Below, piece by piece: positions 44,464 to 61,629 of a DNA stretch of 64,000 nt (its first letter is position 1; each line of letters begins with the position of its first letter). Both the position numbers and the translations under genes were made by a program. Below the pieces are notes generated by a model. It did no database searches. It saw nothing but the letters and a program-made list of their open reading frames with translations, and was not told the DNA's origin. This DNA comes from the human T2T-CHM13v2.0 reference genome, Homo sapiens, in assembly GCF_009914755.1 (NCBI RefSeq), contig NC_060932.1. One strand, given 5' to 3'.

Positions 44464-47400
44464 TAAGAGCACTGCGGGGTGGGGGCGGGCCGGCCCTGAG
44501 GAGCCCCCCTCCGCCCTCCCGGTGCTTCGCGGGGCGGCCCCTCGAAAGGGCCCAGCGCGGGGGGCTCGAAGGAGGGACCGGCCGCGCGCCGCCCCTGGCG
44601 TCTCCAAAAGACCGGCGTTTGATCTGGATCCCTGGCCACGCCTTTGGCCCGGGGAGGCCGAGACCTGCCGTTGGCCCGTCCTCGTCCCCGCTTCGCACTC
44701 GGCGGGGCTCTTGCCCCAACCTGCCCTCCCCGTCCCCTCTGCAGAGCTCCGTTCCCAAGCGTCCCTTTTCCCTGCCTCCCGAGGTAACCAGCTGCGGGCG
44801 CCCTGGGCTGCACCCCAGCTCGCGGCCCCGGGGAGCCTTCCCTCCTCCAGCCGCTGCATTCGGGTTTGTTCCCAGGTGAGACATCCTCCCCTCTTCCCCC
44901 GTTCTCCCTCTGCAGTGGCCTGCGTGGGGCCCTGTGGAAAAACCCTTGCTGCCGCCTCCGAGCACTCCTGGATTCCACGCCCCTTCCCCCTCCTGCACTC
45001 CCAGCCCCTGTGAATGACTCCAAACCACTGCTTTCCCAGAAGGAAAAAAGACTTTTTTTTTTTTTGGTTTGCTGGATTAGACGTGTCCTTTTCTTAGCGA
45101 CAGGTAAAAATGGGATAAAATGTGATGGGCGCGAGCGTTTGGTGTTAACTCTCACCTCCAGAAAATCAGTTAAAGCCACCTGGATACCTATTCTGGGGAA
45201 ACGATGTTTTTGGTAGCCAGGCCAGTGTGTAAGTGATTTATATTTACACAAGACGCAAGCTTGGCTTTGCGGCCCTTTCTCGTTTTGTAAATTTCCCGTG
45301 TCCCAGTTCAGTCCCTCACAAACCACTTGCAGGTGTTCTTTCTGCCGTGGCCTTCACTGACTGCCTCACTGGCTAAACTGAGGAAATGAACCCATTCACA
45401 CCTGGGTACATCTGTGCCCTCTTACTTAAATTAGCTTGTGTGTATTCTGGAAACAGTGAGTTGTAGGTGAGAGCATTTGCAAGAGAAAAAAATCTTACTG
45501 AAGATAAATTACACAGGGACAAGCTCTTCAAGTGCATGGCTTCTGTGAGAAGACATTTTGCCTAGGCTGCCCTGACTCCAAGCTTAGTAGGAGATTTTAG
45601 GCATTTAGTAGTTCAGGTAACAGATATACCCAGGTTAGCTGAAATAAAGTCTGCTGTCTTTTTAATGGTTTGTCCAGATCTCTATTCAGAATTTATTTAA
45701 ATAAAAACGTTTCAGAAAACATGGGATTGAATTAAGTCAAATCATGAGAGTAGATGCAATAACTTTGTCTCCTGCTGGATTTACGTGCAAATTCAGGCTA
45801 GGGGAAGTGAGGGTGGTTCCGTAGGCCCTGCACCACCCAGAGTTGTTTACTAGCCTTTCTAGGCTGAACCAAACAGCTTTTTTTCTAGCTGCATTTGTCT
45901 GCAGATAATTTGTTTCCTGCTGATAAGTTTATAAGAAGTGAGAGAATAAAATAGGAAAATGCCGATTAACTTTTAGCTGTTATAAGCATAGCTTGGGGTC
46001 AAATAAAATTCTGAAATACGTTTTAAATTTGAAATCTAAATTCCTAAACACCCACACACTCAAAGTCATATCGAATGAAAGGTAGTGTGTTTGGTATTGG
46101 AGATACCTTTTTTTTTTTGGGCGGGGGCTGGGGGTTGTTTTCTGGTTGTTAAGATGCCGGGAATGAAGCAGGGGAGGGACAAAAAGTATGGGGAAGAGAG
46201 ATTTTAACATACCAGTAGAATTCAGCAGCATGTACTGGTAGGCTTCTGCTGAACAAGCCGAAGTGTGGGCAGTAAAAATGTTGGTGTCAGGTTAAAATTC
46301 CTGAGAGAACTGTTTCTAATGGAATCTGTCCTGGACACTTACTAGTAGTAAGCTTTGAGACAGAATGAAATCGGAGTAGAATAAAATCCCACCTCCATTC
46401 ACCTAAATGTTAATTGTTTCTTGGCAAAGTGGAAGTCCAGATTTTAGGGCAAACTGAAAAGTACATTTAAAATGTCAATTTAGCTTTTGTAGTTGTATGT
46501 AGGGTAGTATTTTTTTTTTTCTGATCTTAACTTTCCTCTGCATTGATATAAAGTGCCTGTGACTTTACTGTCTAGTTTTTTTTTTACATCTTTTTTCAAG
46601 ATTAGAATATATCTCTAAATATTTCCTAAAGTTATTAAAAGACATGCTAATTTTAGTAAGTTATTTCTTCTAACATAGCTATACTTCAAAAGCAGTATTT
46701 ACTGAGGAAGGATTTTATTAAAAAAATTTTTTTTCCCAGTTAGATGGTTTTGCTTGAAATACTGCAGGAACATGGTCTGCTGTTTTAATACCTGCTAGCC
46801 ATGTTGTTTGCGTTGAAATCATTCATATGTAAAAGCTTTAGAGGAATTCTTGTTTTAATCTTTCGGCAAACAATTGCTTGTCAATGTGTTTGAACATACA
46901 TCATCTCTGTTTTTATTGAAGATCTTTTGGGGTTATAGTTGTTTCCTTAAACATATTTGCTGTGGAAACTTTGCTATTTCTTATGGTCACATAACATAAA
47001 GGTTAAGATCTAATATTTCTATCATTTGGTTTGGGCCGCATCTCTAAGAAAAGATGTCAGTGAAGTTGTACATTGTCAAAACTGATTCCATTAACCCGTG
47101 AATACTTGTCTCTTTACATTTTTTAATGTAAAATTATTTGGTTATAGCTTGGACAAAGCACAACACCGATTTAATAAAACTTAGTTTCCCTCGATATTAA
47201 AGTGGGGCACTTCTCTGCATCTTGCCATTCCTGTCAAGATGGCAAATACTTGACGTCTTTTATCAAATAACTTTACAGAATGTAAGAAAATATTTTGGCT
47301 GGGCTGAAATTGGAGCATGGAAGAATGGTTGTCTGTAGAATGATGTGGCCCCATGAACCTGCTTTGCAGAGCACTAGTGTGTGATTAAGGTCTTTTTCAT

Positions 47401-48191
47401 GCATGCCTTACTCCCACTAATTACTAAACATGTAACAGCGTCTGTACAGCTTGATGTGCTTTATTTTTCAGGTGCTTTTTGTGGGGATAACTGGCATGTG
47501 AATCACTTATTCCAGGAGCATGAGTCACATTGGGCTTCACTTTTGTACAATGTGTTGTTAATAGAGAGTGAGAGCATTTTCTTGGAGGGTTTGGCTTTAG
47601 GAGCAGTGTGATTTAGTTTGCCTGTTGCATTGATGTATGCAAGTTTTCCTTTCAGCTATTGTCCTTTCTCTGCTTTTGTGTTACTTTTAGAGGTTGCTTA
47701 GTGCATTGTCAGTTCTCTTCAGTCAAGAAGCAACAGTTCTTTGACCAAAATTTCATGGCCACATCATTAATCTCCCATTTAATGGATGTAGTTTTATGTG
47801 TGTGTTTGCACCCTTCTATTTCAGAGTAAAAGGAATTTACTTAACTTGTTTATACCACTTGCCATATTTAAGAGGATCGTCAGTGGTTCTTTATCTTGTG
47901 AGATGGGATGTGGTAGAGGGTTGCCTTCAGGAGAGTAAAAAGGAAAAGGCATTTTGCATTTTATAATGGCACCATCCAGTTGAGCGGTCTACAGCTCTGT
48001 TTTAGCGTTGTTTTCTGATTTGAGACTGGTGGAATTTGGATATGCAGCTCTACAAAATCTGCAGTGAATGTTGCTGGGCTGGTGAAGATGCTTTATTATT
48101 TTTTTAATCACTCCCCTGCCCTCCTGTCTGCTCCTCTATGTAGGGATACTTAGTTTATTATGGGTCTTTGTTCATGTTGACTATTTTACAA

Positions 48192-48360
48192 GAGTGGTTC
48201 TTAGTTCTGGCTGAGAATAGAATCTGTTGCAGCACTTAAATAGAAAGGCCGAGGCACTGCTGGACCTGCTGAAGAAGACTCCCTGGGGAGGACACAAGAA
48301 GTCATAGTTTTAGAAGAACCACAAGTGATCACGTGGGAACCCCACGCTTGAGAACTGGAT
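48192..48360. mobile_element. MER5A-like
   Basis: agtggttcttagttctggctg...ttgagaactgg inverted termini. Confidence 0.55.
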
Positions 48361-49117
48361 TTCAGGCTTATTCCACTTGGAGAGGAATATTAGATTTGTG
48401 TTCTTAATAAATATGATGGCAGAATTGGGAAAGGAATGATCTGGTACCATTAAGTTTGGCCCCTGGATAATACCATAACAAAATGACTTTACCTTGGAAG
48501 CATGAGTGTCTAAAAGTACCTCAGGTGTACTCAAGGGTATGCACTAATGGTACTCCATGTTTTCTGTTTTTTTTGGTTGTTGTTGTTGTTTTTTTTGTTT
48601 TGTTTTGTTTTGTTTGTTTTTTGAGCTCAAGTATTAATCTCATTCTGAAAGAATTCGCAAATTCAAAACAGTGTTCAATAAATGTAGCCCACTTCTCTTT
48701 GCCTTTTATGGGATACAAATAATGTTTATGTTGCGTGTGAAAGGTATAATAATTCTGTTTAATTCTGAAGTGATTCTATTAAATAGGCTTGAGGAAACAT
48801 AACTGGGATTATGAGTGGTGTTGGGATAAGTGATCTGTAATGTCCCTCTAATGCTAAGATTTTGTGGTTTAAGAATGGTAATATTCAATATTTAGATACC
48901 TACAAATGAGGAGATTCGTTTGTGTGGGGCCAGGGTACCATTATAGACACATTAATAGATTGTATACTTGCATTTGTGGGCTGTGTGGGTGTGTGGGTAG
49001 AGAGAGAGTGTACTTTATATGCTTTTTAATGGGTGGCAATCTAATTGTAAAAATAGCTTTTTTTTTTTTTCATTTTATCCATAAACTTAATGGAATTCTG
49101 GTTTAAAAGAAACTCAG

Positions 49118-49865
<748 letters not shown>

Positions 49866-52169
49866 TTGCCTCACCTGGTTTCTTCCCTTCTCCCTCCTCC
49901 CATCTGAAAAATCCAGAAATACTTGCTTAGCTGTGAGGGTAAGTGGGTTAAATTGAGACAGAGATACTTCCTCCAGGAGAATGAATAAGAAGAGAACATC
50001 TCTAAAGATTTATTTCTTGTTTTTGAGTGAACAGTAACCCTAAAAACTTGACATTTATGGTAAATTTTCAAGGGAAGGGGATGAAAAAATGGCATGCTTT
50101 GGAGCGAAATTGCAACTGGGGATGCAGCATAGTATTTCCAGAAGGATCCAGAAACAAAGTGTCAAAATCTGTATTGTAAGAAGGCTGGTGCTCCTGAAAT
50201 CTAGCAGGCAGGTGCTTACTAGAAGTCACAAGTTGTTCATTTCTGTCTTCAACATCATTTGATACTATAGACTTATTCATAAGGTCAATTGCCTAGTCAG
50301 GCTTATGCAGTGGATAGATTCTGTAATGTTGGAAAGATTCTGTGGGATGGAAAGATTCTGTGGGATGCAAAAAGAAACTGTGTCTCTGATGTTGCCATTT
50401 TCACCCCAGGATGATTTGCTTTACAACGTGCTGTCTGCAAATAAGTTTGTGGTTAAAATTTTAGTTTACTCCCCATGATGTGCTATTCATCTAGTTTCTT
50501 CTCATCAGGAATTCTGGATTTCTTATTTGCCTCTTAAAAAGTAAAACTTTTAAAAAATTTATGAAAATATAACCTCATTTAACAAGTTCATTGACTTTTG
50601 ACTAATTGCCTAAAGACAATCCACTGCTTACCGCTATTGGAGATACTTAAGAAAAGCGCAGGACATAGCCTGGTATGAAGGGAATGACTGGTGGAATTAA
50701 GAAGTCAGGTTTCTCACTCTGCAAGTTACAAACAACCACTGGCCTCAGTTTCCTCATATTTATCAAACAAGCAGTTAAATGGATTGATCTTTAATGTCCC
50801 TTCAGTGTAAAAAAGTTCATTATGCTACAGGTATTTGTGCTTTGAAAATAGCTTTAAAGAGGGAATTTCAGATTCTGGTTTGATCACTTAATCTATTTTT
50901 AAAGCAAGTGTGTATGTCTCCTAGGTGCTGATTCGGAGTAGAGTTCTAAGTCCTGCCATGGATTGTTTTGACTTATTAAACAAATTCTCATTTTGTGTCA
51001 CCTATGTATAGGGACATTTTGGAGATCTCATTAGTTAATGTTAAAATTTATGGCAGACTAAACCTACTGAGAAACTTGTGCTGACTTTATCAGCTAATTT
51101 TGTGAATTTGCAATTTCAGCTAAAATTAAACTATATTTTTCAGTAGTCTTTTTTTTGTAATCTGTTTAAAATTTTTAGTGGTAGATTAAGCTAAAGCAAT
51201 ATATGCGTATCTGTTTAAGCCAAGTATTTTGGAGGTTTTTCTGAATTGTTTACCAAGGTTAATTTCTTTTGTGGGGCGGGGGGGGTCAGAACCTTAAAAT
51301 TACCTGCTGTAATTTGTTGTTTGAGATGTGTTCTTTAACTTTGAAAAGTTAGTGTTTGTAAAAAAAAAATTTTTTTAGTGATACCATCAGGTCACTTGAG
51401 CTCTTTTAGGAAATAATTCTGTTAAGTGAATTTTTTTGTTTGTTTAGATTAAGGTATAAGTTCTCTTTTGACACTAGTCGAATTTTTAGGAAAGATGGAA
51501 TTTGCTGAGAGAATTCAGTGGATATTGTTACAGTGACATTAATATAGTTCTACATAAAATTCTACATGAGATTTTTCATTTCTGTATTTCTAATGTGGGT
51601 AGATCTTGGTATATTGTATTATTTTAATATAGCTCAAAACATACTACAGCACCCTATGGTATTTTACAGATTTCTAACAAAAAATTTCTTCTCATTGACC
51701 TCTTTTACTTTTGAAATATTAAACAAGTGGTTTAAAAAATAATTTTTGTTTTGAATGGAGTGTTTTTGTCTTCTTAGTTTAAATGAGGAAGCAATTTCTG
51801 TTTTATCTTGGTCACTGATTTAGAGCATGGACTGTGCTCATCATTCATTTCTAGGAAGAAATTAGAGTATTCATTTCACAGAGAGCTACATATTGTTTTC
51901 TTCACCACCCTCTTGGAGGAAAGGTAGGGTTGATAATTACGGTTTGCCCTGGCCACATGCTTTCACTCATGGGTAGGTGAGCTAAAACATTCATATCACC
52001 ATGATGCTTCCTTTTCTTTCCGTCTTAAATAGACAGGACAAATGAGGAAAGGCAGCAGATTTGAGGAAGATGCCAAACCCATGGCTTGGGAAGCTTGCCA
52101 GTGAAGTTGAGCAGGCAGGGCAATCTAGAACTCAGGCCCCTCCAGAGGGCAGGTGCCTGACTTTCTCAC

Positions 52170-53827
<1,658 letters not shown>

Positions 53828-54604
53828 GTCCTATTAATAGAACTAGGAGCTGAGTTATCAGGTCTGTTGAATGGGTTGCCAGTAAACAGTTAATGAGTTT
53901 AAGCTTCGTGTTCATTTTAGAGAAACTAAGATCAATAAAGTGCCTCCTAAGGCCCCCTATGTCCTAGTTTAGTTGTTGGAGAGGACATGTGTGTGATACT
54001 TGCAGTAAACTTGAGGTGAGCCCTGCTAGTGTGTTAGAATGTATGACAAAAATCCAAGGAGAGTGGAGGAGGCGTAGAGAAATTACTAAGGAGGAAAGGA
54101 AACTATATTGAATATTCTGTTTATATATATAGTCTCACTTAATTTTCACAAGCATTTTGTGCCCATTTTACAGATGAAGAAGTGAGCTTAAAGTGATAAA
54201 GTAACCTATGGCACTGGTGGAGGAAACTTTTGAAGCCAGAGCTCACAGAGCTGTGGGCGGGACAGAATTAGTTTGCTTTACCTCTGGGACGTTGTTGTCT
54301 GGCTTATTGAAGATGGAGGAATGATATTCTTCAACCTCTGGGGCCTCTTGGTATATAAGCTGAGGTTCTTTGAGACCTCTGATGTCTAGTCTAATGTGTT
54401 AATATTAAACTCTGCAGAGCTTAGGGTAGGCTTGTAAGTCTTGTAGTTGATTGTAACTGCTGATGAATCAAACAGCTGAGTAATATTAATACCTCTGGGT
54501 CTGTGTCTTAGGACACAGTTTTCAGTACCTCACTCCATTCTCTTTCTCAGGGTAGATGCACCTTACAACCCCGTGACTTCCACATTACACAAAGGAATAT
54601 GTAG

Positions 54605-55204
<600 letters not shown>

Positions 55205-56904
55205 TGAGATCTACCATAAGAGACTGTAATCCAAGAGATCTGGGATGGGCCCAAGAATCTATATATTTAAAAAATCTAGGTTTTCAGAAAGTTCCCTAAG
55301 CAGTACACAGACAGGGATGAGAAGCATAGTTGTACAGGCTGATTTCTGCCAATATCTATGAGTTAGTTATCAAGGAGAAGGAGCATATGTTAGAATTGCT
55401 TGGGAATTTGTTTTTTGTTTTTGGTAAACTTTTTATCACTAGGCATCTTAGATTTAGAGGGGCGGAATGGATAAAAGAAGGTCCTCAGGTGATTCTAATG
55501 GATTACCAGTATTTAAACAATCTGAATGGACCTTTTAGCTGGAGTGGCTTGGCAAAAAGTCTGTATTAACCAAAGAGTTGCTGTTGCCATATATTATGCC
55601 TGGATTTAGAATGCAGGAAAGACATTTAACATTAAAATTATGACATATAATTGAGGATTCCTTTGATCCAAAAGCTTCTTTCTTTGGAAGTTTGAAGTAT
55701 TTCAAGGTCATTATTATGAACACAGATGATCCCCATTGGTGCTCAGAAGTGCCAGGTTAGAGGCATTTTATTATGCTTGGAAATTGATATTTCAATCCAG
55801 TGAATTTTGTGTCTCAAATTCAGAAATGTTATATTTGTTGTAATCAGTGCCAAGGATAAGATTCCTAAAAAGAAACTGGTGAATGAAAGAGGAGACATGA
55901 CCTAATAGATACTGAGTGTCATTAGAGACAGGAAAGAAGGGAGCAGAGAAGAAAAATGGCCTACCTACATTTTGCTTGATAGATTCGTGGGGAGAACAGC
56001 CAGGAGAGGGGATGAGGGGGAGTTGGATGGTGTTTACTGGTAAGATATTAGTGTGGCACATCAGCAAGCATCCCTGCATCTGTGCACACTCAATACCTTC
56101 CCTTTGCACTCCACCTAGAAATGTACATGGGGATGCTGAGAAAATCCGAGAACCTTGTAACGGAGAAGCTCAGGGCCAGAAATCCTAGGAGAGGCTGGGC
56201 TGGCAGAGGTGGGGCCTGGGGTCTGTGGACTTGCACAGGGCAGGGAGGGTTAGATCCTCTGCTCGTTGGTGATTCCGCATCAAAATGAGCAGAACTCCAA
56301 ATCTGTCATTTTGTTTGGTCGTAAGGAAGACAGCTTTTGAGTAGTCAACAGAAGAGTTAATAAATCACCCTACACTGTACATTTAAAAGATGCCACTTTG
56401 CCTTCAAAGCTGAAGAAAACTCTGAAGGAAAAGATGATGTCTTCCAAAAAGGAATTCTGTGTTCAAAGTTTAAGCAATCAAGTGGTTTTGGTTGGGCCTA
56501 GAGGGTGATGGTATATATGGCTGTGGGTTGGAAGGGAAGAGAAACTACAATAAAGGACTCATTACTCAGTTTGCAGATGAAACAAAAGTTGTCAAAACGA
56601 AGCTGAAGTTAGAGACAATCACATGATGAGTTTGGAAAAACAGAATTTGAATGTGTTTGTAGCATTTGTGGACTGTGTTTGGGGCGTCCACTATTTGATA
56701 GGAACTGCATACTAATTTTTAGGTAGTTTCTGAGCTGTAATGTGGGAAAGGGTTGGTGTGTACCCAAGCAGGCCTTTATGATTAAATGTGATATGTGTCA
56801 GGCATGTTACCTGGTTTTGGATGGGGTCTGATGAGGTTGAAGTGTATTTTTTTGCTTATTGCTTGGCATTTCAACTCACTATCTCAAATTAGCGATGGGC
56901 TCAT

Positions 56905-57085
56905 ACCTACTGTAATGTGATACACACATTCCTGAAAAACCTCTCATTCTGCAAAATCATACACTAAAAATAACAGGGCTGTAGAAAAAAAAACAGGATT
57001 AAGGCCAGACTACTTAAAACTATGTAACTTTGTAAGTGGAACTTTAACAAAAGCAATGACAGTTGAAGTAAAAATACAGGGAGGC
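56905..57085. mobile_element. TcMar-Tigger relic (subfamily uncertain)
   Basis: cattcctgaaaaacctc...ctgcaaaatcatacactaaaaataacagggc resembles recalled Tigger ends. Confidence 0.4.
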
Positions 57086-58342
57086 TTAACTCTTCCTTGA
57101 AACTTGCGCTCAGCATTATACTCAGATGATTGTAGGGGCCTTATTTTATCCTGGGACATGTTCATCCTGGGTTATGTAGATTCATTCTTGGAGATGTTAG
57201 TTTATTCTGCAGGCCAGTTTCACTAGAATTAAAGCTCTGTTTCAGAGTGTAGCCTTCATGTGCCCCCACACCATCATTGAGTGATGGAGAGCCCAGCAGA
57301 TACTGAGGTGACTAAACCAGCCACCCCCATGCCCACTGCTTGCACAAAAGGAAGGTGCTTTGATATGATTGATTTTTCTTAGGGTTGTTTTCTTTTTTGT
57401 TGTTTTTTTCTAAGTCTTTCTCATTATTTGTGAAAAAATCTTGGCCCTCAATAGCTTCAAAACGTTAACATGCTGGGAAGAACCACTCGTGAACCAACAC
57501 TCCTTCTCCATGATACTGTTGTCATTCCCATTTTGCCAGTCATGTGGGAAGGAATCCATGTCCCGGAGACATGTGTTGCAGCAGTTCTGACATGTTTTTG
57601 AATCAGCGATGGTGTCACGATGCAGCTTTTGAGAATGTCAAGTTTCAGTTGCATTGGGAAGTTCTTGTTTGGGAGATATCCTATAGTGTTTCAAGGTTAA
57701 GTGACATTTCTTACCTTTCTTATGCTTTGTTGGCCCTTGTCTACAATAAAGAACTGAAGTGGAGCTATTTTTGTCCACTTTTACATTCTGCCTCCAAAAC
57801 CTAGCCATAGGGTGGGATGCTATAATTTCTTGATGCAGCACTGGTATTTGAACAACACACATGAAGCAGGAATGGTTTTACATTTTGGTTCATTTGAAAT
57901 ATGGTTATAGTGAGGTTTTAAATAAATCATCTGAGCTACAGTAAACAAAAAAAGAGCAACACTAGCCAGTTGTCAAGGAAAAGACTGATGGGTAGAATAA
58001 ACAGACTGCTTTCTGCAGTCTAAACAATCTGTTTTCATGGTTTTTTTCTCTTTCTTTTTGAAGGGTGATTGGGAGAACTTCCAAATTAAGTAGAAGTTAG
58101 TTAAATATGAGAGGCAGTAAATCCACAATGCGTATGTTAGTGATTATTACAGCCTGTTTTCTCAATAGCTCTAATAACAACAATGTCAGTGACTGAACAC
58201 AGTAGAACAGTATTGTTTGTCGTGGGGTGGTATGGCTGGTGGTGGCTTCGACATCCTCAGGGCTCAACACCTCAGCATTCAGTCAGAGAAAGGAAAGAAA
58301 GTATAGAGAAAGTATAACTGTTTCTTAAAAACTCTAGCTTGG

Positions 58343-58630
58343 GCCAGGCGTGGTGTCTCATGCCTGTAATCTCACCACTTTGCAAGGCCAAGGTGGGAAG
58401 ATCACTTGAGTCCAGGAGTTTGAGACCAACCTGGGCAATGTAGGCAGACCCTGTCTCTACAAAAATTAAAAATAGATGAGCTGGATGTGGTGTGGCACAC
58501 CTGTGGTTCCCAGCTAGTTGGGAGGCTGAGATGGGAAGACTACTTGAGCCCAGGAGGTTGAGGCTGCAGGGGCCTGTGATTGTGCCACTGCAGCCTGGAT
58601 AACAGAGCAAGACTCTCTCTCTGTCTCTCA
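58343..58630 (+). mobile_element. AluJ
   Basis: gggaagatcacttgagtccagg dimer. Confidence 0.85.
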
Positions 58631-58939
58631 AAGCCCTGGTTTGAAGTGAAGTGAAACACATCACTTCCACTCACATGCCATTGTGAAGAACTAGCCGTGG
58701 ACCATACCTAGATCAAGGGTGGCTGGGCAACACCTTCACATCACAGGAGAGGTAGACTGCATTTTGGTGGATAGAGACTCAAAGAATTCTGTGTAGATCA
58801 GGTACCTTCCAGATTAAAGTGGGATGGGGATGGGGGGGCATGAATGTGTCTATGTGTGTGTATGTATAAAAAAAAATGCTATTGATTGCAGAGTACAAGA
58901 GACGATTTCCCTTTAAAACTTTGATTTCTGTTTTGATTC

Positions 58940-59075
58940 GGGACTTGGCAAGCTTTTTCTGTAAAGAAGTATTTTAAGATGTGTAGCCACAGAAGGCCTC
59001 TGATGCACAGTCCCCTCGAAAAATATAAAAAGCATTCTTAGTCTGAGGGTGGTACAGAAATAGCCCAAGCCCTGT
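58940..59075. mobile_element. MER58-like hAT-Charlie relic
   Basis: ttggcaagctttttctgtaaag...aaaagcattcttag...gtacagaaatag. Confidence 0.55.
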
Positions 59076-59542
59076 TTCCATCGATCAGCTCAAACAGGTA
59101 ACTATTTAAATTAGCTTTTAAAAATAGTTGTGAAGTTTAATGAAGAGTGAGTCATACTAAATACACTAAACTATCTTGAAATTATACAACTGGAGTTTTA
59201 AATAATTTTTCTTTAGATGATATTTCATTGAGGTAAAAATGGCCTTCAGGGACTCAATGAAAAGTATTGTAGCCATGTGCCCAAGACTCATCAATGTTTC
59301 AGGTCTTAAGGAAAAGTTCATCTGGTTGAGGAAAGATTGGATCTTGGTTTGTGAGCACAGCTAATGTACTCTTTCAAAATCATGTCCCATCGTTGGAGAC
59401 TTTATTGGGTGCCATCTCCCAGGAAACTATCCCTAAAAGTGACTACTGATTCTCATCTGTTGAATATATAGATCACCAAATAGATATTTAAAAAATGTGA
59501 AAAATTGTACGTACATTTAGAAATTTACTCTAAAACCCCATA

Positions 59543-60103
59543 CAGTAAATCTTCAATGTCATCAGTGAGTTCTTAGAAACTGCAATTTGAAGTGAAACTA
59601 CGTATATGGAAACCAGTTTTCCCATAGGCTAATTGATACAAACAAGATTAAGTTTCTGTGGCATATTTCTGTTCACAAAAACACCACCAAACTTTTAAGT
59701 AAAGACCAAAACACTTCTAGCATTAAACGTTGAAATAAATGTGAGCCATACCTATATTTAAGAAAGATTAATGCAACGTGAGATAATTCTTACCCACTTA
59801 TTCCACCTGGTCACAGGTGGTCAGAGCCTATCCTAGGAGCTCAGGGCACACGGCGGGCACCAGTCCTGGACAGGGTGCCATCCCATCACAGGGCACACTC
59901 ACACTCACACCCGCACCCATGTCCTTAGACTGGGACCAGGTAAATGCGTTAATAAACCTAATGTGCCCAGCTTTGTCTGGGAGGAAACCCAGGTACCCAG
60001 AGAGAAAAACCACCAGACAGTGGCCCGGTTGGGAATGGATTTTTCTTATCAACTGTGTAACTAAATGATGGTCAATGAAATGATGTTATTTGAGGATGTG
60101 CTG
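59543..60103. mobile_element. MER6A-like TcMar-Tigger element
   Basis: TA|cagtaaatc...gaggatgtgctg|TA termini; internal agagcctatcc...cctggacagggtgccatcccatcacagggcacac segment. Confidence 0.75.
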
Positions 60104-60189
60104 TATACTAAAATATATGGAATTCTATTTGGTTTGTGTGTTAGTAACCCCTGGGGATGGATTCAGATGATCTGAAAATTCCTTATTGA

Positions 60190-60322
60190 GGCTGTGCATG
60201 GTGGCTCACACCTGTATTCCCAGCACTTTGGGAGGCTGAGGCGGGTTGATTGCATGAGCCCAGGAGTTTGAGACCAGCCTGGACAACATAGTGAATTCCC
60301 GTATCTACAAAAGTGAAAAAAA
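60190..60322 (+). mobile_element. FLAM (free left Alu monomer)
   Basis: Single monomer; TSD gaaaattccttat/gaaattccttat. Confidence 0.85.
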
Positions 60323-60600
60323 ACTATAGAAATTCCTTATAAAGGTGTTAAATATCTAAATATGACTTAAATGTAAAACCAAACCAGAAATGTTTTCATC
60401 GAAACAGGTCAGTATGTTTTGTAAGTTCTTATAGAAAACCATAAAATATTTAAAAAACAGAAATCTACCATTCTAGCCTTGAAGTTTCTAACAGTCAGCT
60501 GTCTTAAAATACCTGTTCAGTTAGTTCCAAGTGTTAAGTTACATTTTCTGACATTCTTAATGGGCTTTTAAAAATTAGGTTACTAATAAATGTAATATAA

Positions 60601-60640
60601 GTGTGTGTGTGTGTGTGTATGTGTGTATATATATATATAA
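60601..60640. repeat. (TG)n(TA)n microsatellite
   Basis: Directly visible. Confidence 0.9.
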
Positions 60641-61341
60641 AATATGTATTTATTTAGAGGCTATTTAATAATTTAAAAGCTCCTTTACATAGTATCTCCA
60701 CCAGTTGAGACTGTACCAGGGGTCTGCATGAGGGCTCTTGTTTCTTCTTAAAAAGCCAAAATCTGTGACCTGTGTGGCTAATAAGTAATTATTATCTTCT
60801 CAGACTATTGTACTTGAGAGATTAAACTGCAAATTATAATTAGAATAAAACTATGCTCTGAAACCTTTAACAGACTCTGTATGGTGGTAGAGGTCAAATA
60901 TACACTATGTATGAGATAATTTTTTTGTCTAGCTGATCTTATTAATAGAGTTTTAACACTTTTCGTTATATTTGCTTATATTATCTGGTGCCGGCTCAGT
61001 CTTGCCCTTACAGTGGAATCATCTGTTGTAGCCGGGGGATATTATTGCCCAGACTACAGACAGTCCTGACTTGTTGGCATTGTATAAAGCATGCTCCAGA
61101 TAAACACTACTATGTACATTGCTTCCAAAAGTTCATAGTACTGCAAATGTTATAACCCTTATGCTGTGTTTAAACCCTTATTCCTGAGCCTTTCCGCTTC
61201 ATGAGCCCACTTGGCCAGACTTTCCAAAAACCGTATTTAGGGGCCTTATAGTAATATTAATCAACACAGATCTTAGGACCTCTTTTCAAGATCAAATAAA
61301 AAATGAATTGGTTAACCTCACATTGTAGTTTATTTTGACTA

Positions 61342-61627
<286 letters not shown>

Positions 61628-61629
61628 AC

